DNA of 63,873 bases, counting the filler, from Lama guanicoe (taxonomy: Eukaryota): the NCBI GenBank assembly GCA_013239625.1. It is 185 parts of 185 records of this genome, joined end to end, with 100 filler letters (N's around TTAATTAATTAA, not from the genome) between each part and the next. Parts side by side here need not be neighbours in the genome. Positions count along the whole stretch, not along the records: positions 36,649 to 36,894 come from PNXV01047537.1; positions 36,995 to 37,240 come from PNXV01047538.1; positions 37,341 to 37,586 come from PNXV01047539.1; positions 37,687 to 37,932 come from PNXV01047540.1; positions 38,033 to 38,278 come from PNXV01047541.1; positions 38,379 to 38,624 come from PNXV01047542.1; positions 38,725 to 38,970 come from PNXV01047543.1; positions 39,071 to 39,316 come from PNXV01047544.1; 177 more parts are not named here. The stretch is one strand, 5' to 3'. The translations under genes and the position numbers were made by a program. Positions within the stretch are counted from its first letter, which is position 1, and the number at the start of each line of letters is the position of its first letter. Under the pieces are notes generated by a model. The model did not search any database, was not told the origin of the DNA, and saw only the letters and a program-made list of their open reading frames with translations. Positions 36,549-49,348 of the stretch are shown in pieces.

Positions 36549-37044
36549 NNNNNNNNNNNNNNNNNNNNNNNNNNNNNNNNNNNNNNNNNNNNTTAATTAA
36601 TTAANNNNNNNNNNNNNNNNNNNNNNNNNNNNNNNNNNNNNNNNNNNNAATTTGCAGTGGTTGCATAGTGGTTCGTCATATGGCTATACTTTACTTCAAC
36701 TAATTAATTCCTGAATCTATTTTTACTATTGTCAACAGCAAGAAATAGCCTTTATGATGAACATCCATTCCCATTCCCCAGCCCAAAAGCCTACTCAACA
36801 CGTAAATACCCGAAGTGGGCGTTTATGATGAAAGTCTGAGGAGGGTTTTTTCAAATGTGTGTTTTAAAGTTTTCTTATTGATTAAGTATCCTACNNNNNN
36901 NNNNNNNNNNNNNNNNNNNNNNNNNNNNNNNNNNNNNNTTAATTAATTAANNNNNNNNNNNNNNNNNNNNNNNNNNNNNNNNNNNNNNNNNNNNTCAGGA
37001 ATTTTAATGTAACAAATATTCAATAGCCATATAAATTTAAAATA

Positions 37045-37235
37045 TTTTTATTGAAGTATAGTCAGCTTATCATGTTGTGTCCATTTCTGGTGTACAACAG
37101 AATGCTTTATTCATATAGGAAAATGCATATATTCATTTTCATATTCTTTTTTACCATAAATTACAGGATATTAAATAGACTTCCCTGTGCTGTACAGTGT
37201 AAACTAGTTGTCTACTTTATATAGATTAGTATCCA
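37045..37235 (-). mobile_element. LINE-1 3' end
   Basis: tttttattgaagtatagtcagc..gttgtgtccatttctggtgtaca..ttccctgtgctgtacagt. Confidence 0.75.
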
Positions 37236-38032
37236 TGAATNNNNNNNNNNNNNNNNNNNNNNNNNNNNNNNNNNNNNNNNNNNNTTAATTAATTAANNNN
37301 NNNNNNNNNNNNNNNNNNNNNNNNNNNNNNNNNNNNNNNNCACCTAGCTTGAAAGGAACACAAAGTTTTTTTTTCAGTTGTCAACTAAACTCCATACATA
37401 AATATGGGAGGTACAAGCCCCAACTCGCGTTTCCAGTGAAAACAGCAGGAACTTCAAACCGGCTCTAGGAAATAGATGGAGAAACCAGAATAATAGAATT
37501 TCCTCAAATATGTTCCATTTCTGCTAGATGAATGAACGTCTCTCAACATCCCAAAATTTGAGGGTTAAGTGTGTGTGAAAGCCGTCNNNNNNNNNNNNNN
37601 NNNNNNNNNNNNNNNNNNNNNNNNNNNNNNTTAATTAATTAANNNNNNNNNNNNNNNNNNNNNNNNNNNNNNNNNNNNNNNNNNNNTTGGAGAAACACTT
37701 CCCACCCACAAAGAAATACTTTTCTGTCTCTCATACACATCTTTGTAACTGCATTAATCATCTTCCCTTTCTGCAGAGGGAAAAAACCACCCTTACAATG
37801 TCATCTAAAACACCATTTTACATAATTCAGAAATAGCTGGGAAATTAATGTGTCTGAAGTACCAATACATGTAACAGGTGAGAAATAAAGTCCCCATATT
37901 TAAACCTCCATGCTTGTGAAGCACCTGTGCTCNNNNNNNNNNNNNNNNNNNNNNNNNNNNNNNNNNNNNNNNNNNNTTAATTAATTAANNNNNNNNNNNN
38001 NNNNNNNNNNNNNNNNNNNNNNNNNNNNNNNN

Positions 38033-38278
38033 GGCAGACAGAGAGGATGGCAGACTAATGTCCTGGAGAACCATCCCACTCTAGTCAAAATAAAGGCTCC
38101 TTTTATACAAAAAACAAGGGAGGGGGTGTGGCTGGTTGTTGCAAACTTCTTGCTGCAGGAATTCTTCGTTCTTGCAACCGTATTCTCTATTTTGCAACTT
38201 GCCATCTCCACACAAGTGCAGAAGTGCTGACATCCTTAAAGGTCAGAGCCCCGAGAACAGGCTCTCCTGTCTATTTCA
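38033..38278 (-). mobile_element. Probable ERV1 LTR (antisense)
   Basis: gagaaccatc..ggctccttttatac (TATAAAAG on minus)..ggtgtggctggttgttgcaaacttctt; appears related to the LTR at 58093. Confidence 0.5.
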
Positions 38279-39416
38279 NNNNNNNNNNNNNNNNNNNNNN
38301 NNNNNNNNNNNNNNNNNNNNNNTTAATTAATTAANNNNNNNNNNNNNNNNNNNNNNNNNNNNNNNNNNNNNNNNNNNNATAACCATTTCCAAGTTGGCTT
38401 CTTCTGAAATGTAGGAGTGACAACAGTAACAATGAAGGCGTTAGAATTTATAATATGACCTGACGTTCACTGAGCATCTATTATGTTTCAGTCGCTATTA
38501 TGACTAGCGTTATTATGTGAATTAATTATTTCATCTTCACTTCAATGCACTGAAGTGCATTCTGTCATTCCACGTTTTACTGATGATCACCGCAGGTCAT
38601 CCGCCTCTACCCTGATTGCTTCCANNNNNNNNNNNNNNNNNNNNNNNNNNNNNNNNNNNNNNNNNNNNTTAATTAATTAANNNNNNNNNNNNNNNNNNNN
38701 NNNNNNNNNNNNNNNNNNNNNNNNTTGACTGCTGAGCCAAAATCAGCAGTTATCTGTACACAGTGTCCTGGCAGAGGGCTTGTCAGGGCTTTTATCTTCC
38801 TTAGCCTCATCAGCTGTTAGGGAAAACAGACCACAGCTATTCAAAGCCCTTCTTGTGCAGGATGGATGGCTTCTAGAACAAAGTTATACAGGACCACCAT
38901 GCTTAGAGTGTCCAGAGCCTCAGGCAAGTAATTTTTCCAGGGCCCCTACCTATATAAACAATTTGATTAANNNNNNNNNNNNNNNNNNNNNNNNNNNNNN
39001 NNNNNNNNNNNNNNTTAATTAATTAANNNNNNNNNNNNNNNNNNNNNNNNNNNNNNNNNNNNNNNNNNNNAATAGGACCTTTTACATAATTCAGGTGGAA
39101 GTGTAATTGTTACAGCTTTCTCAAAGAATAAGTTGACAAAACGCATCGATAGCCTTGAAAATTTCATTTCATATAGCCAGTAATTCGCATCTAGAAATGT
39201 ATCATACAGAAAGGAAAAAACATGCAACGATATATTTTAAAAGACATTTTCGTAAATGAAGTAATCTTAATGTTCAACAATAAAGGCTTGACTAAATTAT
39301 CACATATACATATGATNNNNNNNNNNNNNNNNNNNNNNNNNNNNNNNNNNNNNNNNNNNNTTAATTAATTAANNNNNNNNNNNNNNNNNNNNNNNNNNNN
39401 NNNNNNNNNNNNNNNN

Positions 39417-39662
39417 CATCCTACTAATAAGCTTTTTACACAGTGAAGAAAACTACCAAAAAACCAAGAGGCAACCTACTGAATGGGAGGAGGTATTTGT
39501 AAATGTTATATTTAATAAGGGATTGATACCAAAATATAGAAAGAACTCATACAACTCAATATCAAAAAAACCCCAAACAACCCAATTAAAAAATAGGCAG
39601 AGGACCTACAAACAGACATTTTTCTAAAGAAGACATACAGATGGCCAACAGGTACATGAAAA
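39417..39662 (+). mobile_element. LINE-1 ORF2 C-terminal fragment
   Basis: aggcaacctactgaatgggagg..aaagaactcatacaactcaat..aacccaattaaaaa..agacatttttctaaagaagacatacagatggccaacagg. Confidence 0.88.
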
Positions 39663-40110
39663 NNNNNNNNNNNNNNNNNNNNNNNNNNNNNNNNNNNNNN
39701 NNNNNNTTAATTAATTAANNNNNNNNNNNNNNNNNNNNNNNNNNNNNNNNNNNNNNNNNNNNCTCACTAGTATGTTAATGACATGGTAAGTAAATGCAAG
39801 ACCAAGATGAAAAGTAAGAAAACAAAATTGACCCTATAATTAAGTATTGCTACTGATAAGGAGGATTATTAGCTGACCTATGGAACAGCATTTTTAAAAA
39901 ATTGTGAGCACAGTATGTATATTATAATAGTTATTATTTATCTCAGAATTATGAAACAGCCTTATTTCTTGAAGCCCCAACAATAACAAAACCTAGAGAT
40001 AAACAAAANNNNNNNNNNNNNNNNNNNNNNNNNNNNNNNNNNNNNNNNNNNNTTAATTAATTAANNNNNNNNNNNNNNNNNNNNNNNNNNNNNNNNNNNN
40101 NNNNNNNNTG

Positions 40111-40353
40111 GGCCTCACTCAGAATCCTGAGGGGCAAAAAGCATTATTTGTCTTGTTTTTGCTCATCTACATTGTGACGATGGTGGGTAACCTGCTCATT
40201 ATGGCGACTGTCTTTGCCAGCCCCTCCCTGGGCTCCCCCATGTACTTCTTCCTTGCTTGTCTGTCCTTCATGGATGCAGTTTACTCCACTGTCATTTCAC
40301 CCAAGTTGATTAGAGACTTACTCTGTGGTAAAAAGACAATCTCCTTCTCAGTT
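40111..40353 (+). CDS. Olfactory receptor, family 4 (OR4A-like), partial TM1-TM2
   Basis: Open frame [80 protein letters not shown] with OR motifs GNLLI, PMYFFL, KTISF; gene versus pseudogene status unknown. Confidence 0.88.
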
Positions 40354-42531
40354 TNNNNNNNNNNNNNNNNNNNNNNNNNNNNNNNNNNNNNNNNNNNNTT
40401 AATTAATTAANNNNNNNNNNNNNNNNNNNNNNNNNNNNNNNNNNNNNNNNNNNNACTCATCAATATGAATCAAAACATACTGTTTGGGGTAGGTGCATTT
40501 ATATGGATTGTACAGAAAATTAATGTGTCCAATTCAGCTTTGTGGTGAAATATTCTATTTAGCTGTGTATTTCCTTTTATTTTGTCTCCATCAACTTTTT
40601 GCCCAATTTGAGACTGAAATGTCACTTACCAATACAAGATTACAATACCATGCCTGATTATTCTTCTTACTACCACAATGGAGCCACATACCCTTACTGT
40701 NNNNNNNNNNNNNNNNNNNNNNNNNNNNNNNNNNNNNNNNNNNNTTAATTAATTAANNNNNNNNNNNNNNNNNNNNNNNNNNNNNNNNNNNNNNNNNNNN
40801 GCACGTCAAGGACAGCAAGAGGACAAACAGGAAACACAGCCAACTACTCGCTGCCAGGCAGGTGGGAACAGGGGCATGACTAGTTACAGATAAATTTACT
40901 AAATAATTTATACTTGACTTTTAAATGCATTCCATACCGGGCTTTTCCCCTTGCATATTTACTTTCTTGATGGCATTTGGCTCTGGCGAACATTCAAAAA
41001 AGTATTCATGTCTTAAGCAAATATTAACTCAAGGGAGGAAGGTGGANNNNNNNNNNNNNNNNNNNNNNNNNNNNNNNNNNNNNNNNNNNNTTAATTAATT
41101 AANNNNNNNNNNNNNNNNNNNNNNNNNNNNNNNNNNNNNNNNNNNNGAATTAAATGTACAAGACAAAAAGCTAGAAGAATAAATGTAAACTAAATCCAAA
41201 TATAGAAGAAAAGTTATCAGTAGAAATAAAAGGCAAAAATACAAGGAAAAAGTAAAATTATTTCTTTGACAGAAAAAAATACATGTAGATACAATCATTG
41301 GTAATTCTGATGGAAAAAAAGAAGACAGATTAATTATATATGCGATAAGTATGTTTAGAGAGATTAACATATTTATGAATATCTAGAAATCTNNNNNNNN
41401 NNNNNNNNNNNNNNNNNNNNNNNNNNNNNNNNNNNNTTAATTAATTAANNNNNNNNNNNNNNNNNNNNNNNNNNNNNNNNNNNNNNNNNNNNAGGTGGCG
41501 TCCATCAGCCCCTTGTCACATCCTGTCTGTGTGTTTTCACTAAATTCCTGGCTGGGGTTTATACTGAAGGCCTCGATGCCGTTTTCAGCAAGCTGAGCAA
41601 GATAAGCGGGAAGGTGTGGGACAGTCGAGAAATCAGCTTAAAAAGGCCCCCCCAGCTCCTTCCCCTCTTGTGGCGTGGCGGCTCCTAGCCCTGCCCAGAG
41701 GACGCCAGGCCAGCGGTGGCGACGTGTTGCCCCAGCATNNNNNNNNNNNNNNNNNNNNNNNNNNNNNNNNNNNNNNNNNNNNTTAATTAATTAANNNNNN
41801 NNNNNNNNNNNNNNNNNNNNNNNNNNNNNNNNNNNNNNAGGGAGACTGATGAAGCTTCAGGAGCCTGGGAGAACCAGCTCCAAACTCCTCTGTGAACACC
41901 AGGGTTTGGGGCATGAAAAGTTTCTTCATGAGAAGAAATTGCTCATTTTTCCAAGTGTCAAGCCAACTCTGTGAAGCAAGTACGTGTCTGCTGGGACAGC
42001 TGAGTGTTTTCCAGGATAGATTTCTGAAGATAACACAGAGTCATTACTGTGCAATTAGCACTGCTAATGGGGACCACAGAGTAGNNNNNNNNNNNNNNNN
42101 NNNNNNNNNNNNNNNNNNNNNNNNNNNNTTAATTAATTAANNNNNNNNNNNNNNNNNNNNNNNNNNNNNNNNNNNNNNNNNNNNGAAAACTGGACACAAA
42201 CCTACAATTTGCCTATTTCCAAATGTTCACAGAGTATTAGAATATGTACACAGAATTTTTTAAAAATCTCACTTTGGATACAAGAGACCACAGGATTTGA
42301 AAAGATGTTTCATGTTTCCCCTGATCTATACATTAAGTTGTCTTCATGTGGCACCATCATCTCCCCCATTGTATTAACACAAGCATAATTCAAGTCTTAT
42401 GAGGAGACAAAATAAAATCTGTAAGGAGAGNNNNNNNNNNNNNNNNNNNNNNNNNNNNNNNNNNNNNNNNNNNNTTAATTAATTAANNNNNNNNNNNNNN
42501 NNNNNNNNNNNNNNNNNNNNNNNNNNNNNNG

Positions 42532-42774
42532 CTGGACCCCCACCTCCACACTCCCATGTACTTCTTCGTCGCCCACCTCTCCTTCCTGGACCTTAGTTTC
42601 ACCACCAGCTCCATCCCCCAGCTGCTCTATAACCTGAGTGGATGCGACAAGACCATCAGCTACACAGGCTGTGCCATCCAGCTCTTCCTGTTCCTGGGTC
42701 TGGGCGGTGTGGAATGCCTACTCCTGGCAGTCATGGCATATGACCGTTTTGTTGCCATCTGCAAGCCCCTGCAC
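42532..42774 (+). CDS. Olfactory receptor, probably family 2, partial TM2-TM3
   Basis: Open frame [74 protein letters not shown] with hallmark LHTPMY and [10 protein letters not shown] motifs. Confidence 0.92.
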
Positions 42775-42876
42775 TANNNNNNNNNNNNNNNNNNNNNNNN
42801 NNNNNNNNNNNNNNNNNNNNTTAATTAATTAANNNNNNNNNNNNNNNNNNNNNNNNNNNNNNNNNNNNNNNNNNNN

Positions 42877-43121
42877 TTACAAGAAATTGAATATAGTTCC
42901 CTGTGCTATACAGTAGGACCTTGTTATTATCTATTTTATATGTAGTAATGTGTATCTGTTACTCCCAGACTCCTAAGCTATTCCATCCCCCAACCTTATC
43001 CCCTGGTGACCACACTTTGTTTTCTATGTCCATGAGTCTGTTTCTGGTTTGTAAAGAAAATTTATGTTTTTGTTTTTTTTTAGATTCCACATATAAGTGA
43101 CATCATACGATATTTGTCTTT
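42877..43121 (-). mobile_element. LINE-1 3' UTR
   Basis: attgaatatagttccctgtgctatacagtaggaccttgtt..ttttagattccacatataagtgacatcatacgatatttgtcttt. Confidence 0.85.
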
Positions 43122-43913
43122 NNNNNNNNNNNNNNNNNNNNNNNNNNNNNNNNNNNNNNNNNNNNTTAATTAATTAANNNNNNNNNNNNNNNNNNNNNNN
43201 NNNNNNNNNNNNNNNNNNNNNGGTTCCTTGAGTGACCTCATGGCACATTACTGGCTTGAATTCAGGATGAGTTTGCTGATCTGGAGTATAGGTTGAGCAC
43301 AGATCCCCTCCTTCTCCAATACCTTTGTCCATTTCTGCACATTTGTTTGGTTAGCTTCTGTTTCTCTTTGGTTGGACTTGGTTTTGAGATCTCGGTTGCC
43401 TTTAAATGTTTGCATCTGAAAATAGATTTCCATAGGAAATGTCATCTTTTCTATTATGCATGGCACANNNNNNNNNNNNNNNNNNNNNNNNNNNNNNNNN
43501 NNNNNNNNNNNTTAATTAATTAANNNNNNNNNNNNNNNNNNNNNNNNNNNNNNNNNNNNNNNNNNNNGATTTTCCATTCTACATGGTTGAATTCATGGCC
43601 AAAGAAATGAACATGTTTTTACTTCTCAACTAACAGTCAAAGTTGGGAAATCAAGGAAGAAAATAAAACAAGGGAATAAAATATTTCTCAGTTTGCATTT
43701 CCTTAGGCCACAGGTGGTCTGTAAAATCAATATATGTTCTACTAATCTAATCTGTTGATTCTCGGATAGAAGTGGTTGTCAAGTTGCAAGGTGTTGGAAT
43801 GCTTGTCACACATNNNNNNNNNNNNNNNNNNNNNNNNNNNNNNNNNNNNNNNNNNNNTTAATTAATTAANNNNNNNNNNNNNNNNNNNNNNNNNNNNNNN
43901 NNNNNNNNNNNNN

Positions 43914-44110
43914 TCTCTTAATAATGTCTTTCACAGAGCAAACATTTTTAATTTTGATGAAACCTAATTTATTTATTTTCTAATGGAGTGTGCATTTGGT
44001 ATCATGTCTAAAATCATTTTGTCTAGCGCTAGGTCTTAAAATTTTTCTTAGGTTTTTTCCTAAAAGATTTACAGTTTTACATTTTACACTTGGATGCATA
44101 ATCCATTTTC
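43914..44110 (-). mobile_element. Old LINE-1 ORF2 fragment
   Basis: cttaataatgtctttcacagagcaaacatttttaattttgatga..tttggtatcatgtctaa..cagttttacattttacactt. Confidence 0.7.
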
Positions 44111-44259
44111 AGACTGTCCTCAAATTTTCTAACAAGTGTTAGATTTAGGCCAAATTTCANNNNNNNNNNNNNNNNNNNNNNNNNNNNNNNNNNNNNNNNN
44201 NNNTTAATTAATTAANNNNNNNNNNNNNNNNNNNNNNNNNNNNNNNNNNNNNNNNNNNN

Positions 44260-44505
44260 ATACACACACCACATCTTCTTTATTCATTCATCTGTTGATG
44301 GACACTTACGCTGTTTCCGTATCTTGGCTCCTGTAAATAATGCCACTATGAACAATGAGACACATACATCTTTTTGAATTAGTGTTTTCATTTTCTTCGG
44401 ATAAATACCACGAGTGGAATTGCTAAATCGTATGGCAATTCTGTTTTTAATTTTTGGAGGCACTTCCATACTGTTCTCCATAGTGGCTGCACCAGCTTAC
44501 ATTTC
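44260..44505 (-). mobile_element. LINE-1 ORF2 C-terminus
   Basis: Minus ORF MENSMEVP..GIYPKKMKTLIQKDVC..FIVALFT.AK..KQ.KCPSTDE matches the L1 ORF2 end. Confidence 0.9.
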
Positions 44506-44951
44506 NNNNNNNNNNNNNNNNNNNNNNNNNNNNNNNNNNNNNNNNNNNNTTAATTAATTAANNNNNNNNNNNNNNNNNNNNNNNNNNNNNNNNNNNNNNN
44601 NNNNNAAGTGACCCCTAGAGGTATAATGCATATTCTGCTATAGTTTTAACAATATTTTCCAATTTAACTCACTCCCAATGAGATTTGCCATGAATTTTAA
44701 TGAATCTTTGAACTTGAACTCACATGTTGCAGTCTTTCTTTTCACACATAGCTAACATCTCTGGAATCAGACAGTTAAATTTCATTTAACCTGTCATTTT
44801 TGAAGTAATTATATCTTTCAGGTCTATGAGAGCCCATTTTACTGTCAAAAANNNNNNNNNNNNNNNNNNNNNNNNNNNNNNNNNNNNNNNNNNNNTTAAT
44901 TAATTAANNNNNNNNNNNNNNNNNNNNNNNNNNNNNNNNNNNNNNNNNNNN

Positions 44952-45075
44952 AGGTGTAAACTATTCAATGTAAAACAGACTCAAAGATATTTTGTACAAC
45001 TCAGGAAGTATAGCCAATATTTTGTAATAGAAAGTACAAAATGGAAATTAACCTTTAAATATTGTATATAATTTC
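44952..45075 (+). mobile_element. LINE-1 3' UTR fragment
   Basis: aagatattttgtacaactcaggaagtatagccaatattttgtaata..aaatggaaattaacctttaaa. Confidence 0.55.
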
Positions 45076-45643
45076 TTAAAAGATTTACAAGTTGGAGTAT
45101 CAAAAAAAATAAAATTAATATAATTAGTGATTAAAAAGTATGAAATGCATGATTATTACTATTATTTTGTGAGCAACTTAATGTTTATGCATACTAANNN
45201 NNNNNNNNNNNNNNNNNNNNNNNNNNNNNNNNNNNNNNNNNTTAATTAATTAANNNNNNNNNNNNNNNNNNNNNNNNNNNNNNNNNNNNNNNNNNNNTCT
45301 GGGCACATAATGGTGAGCAACAGAGGTGCGGGCTCATTGCCAGTGAAAAGGAAGAAGGTATCGACCACATTTAATAAAGCCAGCGAGTGGGTGAGGGGTG
45401 AGCTGGGCTGGATTTTACCTGAGGTGGAGCCTTGGTTGGATGGATGGGGACCTTCACGCTCCTGAAGACGTGCGCGGAGTTAACACACAGGCCATTAGTG
45501 GAAGTGCTGACTGAGCGTCTAGGGTGGTTAATCGTTAGAAGAGNNNNNNNNNNNNNNNNNNNNNNNNNNNNNNNNNNNNNNNNNNNNTTAATTAATTAAN
45601 NNNNNNNNNNNNNNNNNNNNNNNNNNNNNNNNNNNNNNNNNNN

Positions 45644-45889
45644 AAGCAGGTGTAGCAGTACTGATTTTAGACAAAATAGACTTTAAAACAAACACCATAA
45701 AAAAAGATAAAGAAGGACATTTTATGATTAAAGGAGTAATACAAGATGAAGATATCACACTCGTTAGTATATATGCACCCAATATTGGAGCACCCAAGTA
45801 CATAAAACAATTACTAAGAGGGATAAATGGGGAAATTCAAGGGAATACAATCATTGTTGGAGATTTTAACACTGCATTAACATCACTAG
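45644..45889 (+). mobile_element. LINE-1 ORF2 endonuclease fragment, open frame
   Basis: AGVAVLILDKIDFKTNTIKKDKEGHFMIKGVIQDEDITLVSIYAPNIGAPKYIKQLL..TIIVGDFNTALTSL with motifs GVA, IYAPN and GDFN. Confidence 0.95.
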
Positions 45890-45989
45890 NNNNNNNNNNN
45901 NNNNNNNNNNNNNNNNNNNNNNNNNNNNNNNNNTTAATTAATTAANNNNNNNNNNNNNNNNNNNNNNNNNNNNNNNNNNNNNNNNNNNN

Positions 45990-46215
45990 GAAACTAAAGA
46001 CATGACAACTAAATGCAATATGTGACCCTGGACTGAATCCTTTACTGGAGAAGGAAAATGCTATAAAAGAAATTATTGGGATGATTGATGCCGCTGGAAT
46101 ATGAACTGCAGTTTAAGTATGTTATTCATGTTAAATTTCCAGAATGCGTTATGTATGAGAATATCCTTGTTCATAAGAAAACAGATTGAAATATTAAAGG
46201 ATAAAGGAACATTAA
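45990..46215 (+). mobile_element. Old LINE-1 3' UTR (L1MC/L1ME-like)
   Basis: gaaactaaagacatgacaactaaatgcaatatgtgaccctggactg..atgttaaatttcc..gagaatatccttgttc. Confidence 0.7.
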
Positions 46216-46335
46216 AAAGAAGAATATATACTAAANNNNNNNNNNNNNNNNNNNNNNNNNNNNNNNNNNNNNNNNNNNNTTAATTAATTAANNNNNNNNN
46301 NNNNNNNNNNNNNNNNNNNNNNNNNNNNNNNNNNN

Positions 46336-46580
46336 ATTTGTAAATTTCAGACTCCCGAATTTATTCCTTCCCACCTCTTTTCCCCCCGGTAACCATAAAA
46401 TTGTTTACTATGTCTTAGAGTCTTTCTGTTTTGTAGATGAGTTCATAGTGTCCTTTTCTCTTTTCTTATATTCCACAGATAAGTAATATCATATGGTATT
46501 TTTCTTTCTCTTTCTGGGTTACTTCTTTTAAAATGACAATCTCTAGGTCCATCTATGTTGCTGCAAATGGCATTATTTTA
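46336..46580 (-). mobile_element. LINE-1 3' UTR
   Basis: ggtaaccataa..ttctgttttgtagatgagttcatagtgtcc..atatggtatttttctttctctttctgg..gttgctgcaaatggcattatt. Confidence 0.85.
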
Positions 46581-46680
46581 NNNNNNNNNNNNNNNNNNNN
46601 NNNNNNNNNNNNNNNNNNNNNNNNTTAATTAATTAANNNNNNNNNNNNNNNNNNNNNNNNNNNNNNNNNNNNNNNNNNNN

Positions 46681-46926
46681 AAACCCGCATCATGTCCCCA
46701 GTCCACATTTTCCAAAGCCCACATCATCTTGCCAGGCCATGTCATCTCCCTGAGCCAGCGTCATGTCCCTGAGCCTGTGTCATCTCTGTGAGCCAGCCTC
46801 ATGTCCGAGATCCCAAATCATCTCCCTGAGCACGCATCATCTTCCCAAGCCCACATCATCTCCCCAAGCCGGCATCATCTCCCAAGCCCACGTCATCTCC
46901 CCAAGCCCCTGTCATCCTCTCAAAGC
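46681..46926. repeat. Degenerate ~19-bp minisatellite (consensus about CATCATCTCCCCAAGCCCA)
   Basis: About 13 diverged units of the form RTCATCTCCCYRAGCC. Confidence 0.8.
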
Positions 46927-49102
46927 NNNNNNNNNNNNNNNNNNNNNNNNNNNNNNNNNNNNNNNNNNNNTTAATTAATTAANNNNNNNNNNNNNNNNNN
47001 NNNNNNNNNNNNNNNNNNNNNNNNNNTGAAGTTAGGTGTTTTGAAGTTAATTCTTTGTTGAAATGTGAATATAAGTCAATATTTTGCCTGTGAAAATACT
47101 TGCTCTGGCTTTCCATGTTCAGCTTACTGAATCAAAAGCCAAATGAAAATAAAAGATAGGCTTGTTCTAGAAAATGTATATGAAGTTTTCTATTTATATG
47201 TTTGGTTTCCCAAGATACTCTTCTCTTGTTTTTAAGTCTAAATTGCTTTTAAAATAGGAAGGCTTTTTTTTTNNNNNNNNNNNNNNNNNNNNNNNNNNNN
47301 NNNNNNNNNNNNNNNNTTAATTAATTAANNNNNNNNNNNNNNNNNNNNNNNNNNNNNNNNNNNNNNNNNNNNTTGGGGGCAGATATCGTGCACCAGCAGT
47401 GAGATATTTCCATGTATTTTATTTTCCAGACATCACCGAGGCACATGTGGGGTTTGTGCCTCCAGGCCAGGATGCTGCAGTACTCCCTGATCCATCACCA
47501 TTATGTCATGGAGCTGCTCTGGTCAGTGAATGATATTCTGTGGCTTGGAGTTATGGTGGTCTGATGCATATGATCAGATGTGTAGTTAAAGTGCTATTAC
47601 TTGAAATAAGAGAAACCTNNNNNNNNNNNNNNNNNNNNNNNNNNNNNNNNNNNNNNNNNNNNTTAATTAATTAANNNNNNNNNNNNNNNNNNNNNNNNNN
47701 NNNNNNNNNNNNNNNNNNAAGGAAAATGTGTGTATACATATGGCTTCTCAAAATATTGGTTTTATTCCACAAAGGTATGCTCTAGTGCTCATTATATTCT
47801 TTAAGCAACATGTATATTATATACGCACAGAAGAGTGCATTATACCTACTAAAGAAGATGAATTAGCTAGAAAGATTGGAAACCGAGGGCCAAGGCCCTC
47901 AATGAAAGTTATTAAGGAACAGAGGCAAAAATGACAAAGTCTCCTAATTCAAAAAGGTTCATGCNNNNNNNNNNNNNNNNNNNNNNNNNNNNNNNNNNNN
48001 NNNNNNNNTTAATTAATTAANNNNNNNNNNNNNNNNNNNNNNNNNNNNNNNNNNNNNNNNNNNNTTTTTTTTTAAGATGGTGATATGCTCCCAGGGAAGC
48101 TAAAGTATCTCTATCAGTTTATCTCTGGATATATTTTTCTTGATTTCTTTTATCTTCCTTCTAAAAATTTTTCATTTTATCCTTTCTTATTTTTAGCCTA
48201 AGCATGTAATTAATAGGATATTTGTTATAGTTCACCTAGCAATTCTAGATAATTTACAATGGGAGGTATTTCAGGATGTTTTTAATTCTCCATATTGTCA
48301 TAATAATACTNNNNNNNNNNNNNNNNNNNNNNNNNNNNNNNNNNNNNNNNNNNNTTAATTAATTAANNNNNNNNNNNNNNNNNNNNNNNNNNNNNNNNNN
48401 NNNNNNNNNNTTTTGAAATGTATGTCAGATAATGTTTTGCCTATGTTTTCCTCTAGGACTGGTTATTATGTAGATCTTGAGTCCGGATCTGAGGTAATCT
48501 CACCACAAAAGGACACATCTTTGTACCAGGACTCTGCCCAGCCACTGGGTACCTGAGTGACCTAGTTCCTCTTCCTGCTTGCCTCATGGGTAAACTAACA
48601 TTTTCACCACTGCAAATTGTTACATTCGCTGGGAAAGTAGCCATTTGCCAGAGTGGNNNNNNNNNNNNNNNNNNNNNNNNNNNNNNNNNNNNNNNNNNNN
48701 TTAATTAATTAANNNNNNNNNNNNNNNNNNNNNNNNNNNNNNNNNNNNNNNNNNNNACAATGATGTGACAGTAGAAGAGAACCAAAGCCACATAAATGCT
48801 GCTAGTCTGACCGCTGAGGAAAACTTAAGCCTAGATTAAAATCAACTCACTAGAGATGATTCTGAGGGTTAACAGAATACGGCTTTGTGAGCTAAGGCTC
48901 TCCACAGAAAGAACATGCGCCACCTAAAGCAGTGACAATACAGATGGGAACCACCTGCATCAGACATCAGCTGGGGGGCACCAAGCCACCTGGGGGACCC
49001 CCNNNNNNNNNNNNNNNNNNNNNNNNNNNNNNNNNNNNNNNNNNNNTTAATTAATTAANNNNNNNNNNNNNNNNNNNNNNNNNNNNNNNNNNNNNNNNNN
49101 NN

Positions 49103-49348
49103 GGATCTGAACTAGCTGGAGCATGGCTGCCTACAGCATGGTGGTCTCAGGATGGTCGGACTTCTTACATAGCAGCCGGTGCCCCCGCAGGGAGCACTGC
49201 CAGTGATCTTTGTGTGTGGGGCAGGGGAGCTGCAAGGCTTCTTCTGATCTAATCATGCATGCTCCAGCCTTGTCTATTCATCAAGCAAGTCTGTGAGGAC
49301 AACCGAGATTTAAGGGAAGGGAAATTAGAGTCCACCCTCCAGTGAGAG
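49103..49348 (-). mobile_element. MaLR LTR fragment (MLT1-like, antisense)
   Basis: cagcatggtggtctcaggatggtcggacttcttacat..gagctgcaaggcttctt..caagcaagtc..gatttaagggaaggg..ccacc. Confidence 0.6.

Noticed and set aside
36749..36845. Two ATGATGA motifs and a CTGA resembling a box C/D snoRNA
   Set aside because: The second box lies only 4 nt from the D box, the terminal stem is weak, and the first motif sits in sequence resembling old antisense L1 (..atgaacatcc)
40109..42776. Two OR fragments 2.4 kb apart as an OR cluster
   Set aside because: They are separated by synthetic linkers and unrelated contigs; proximity reflects sort order only
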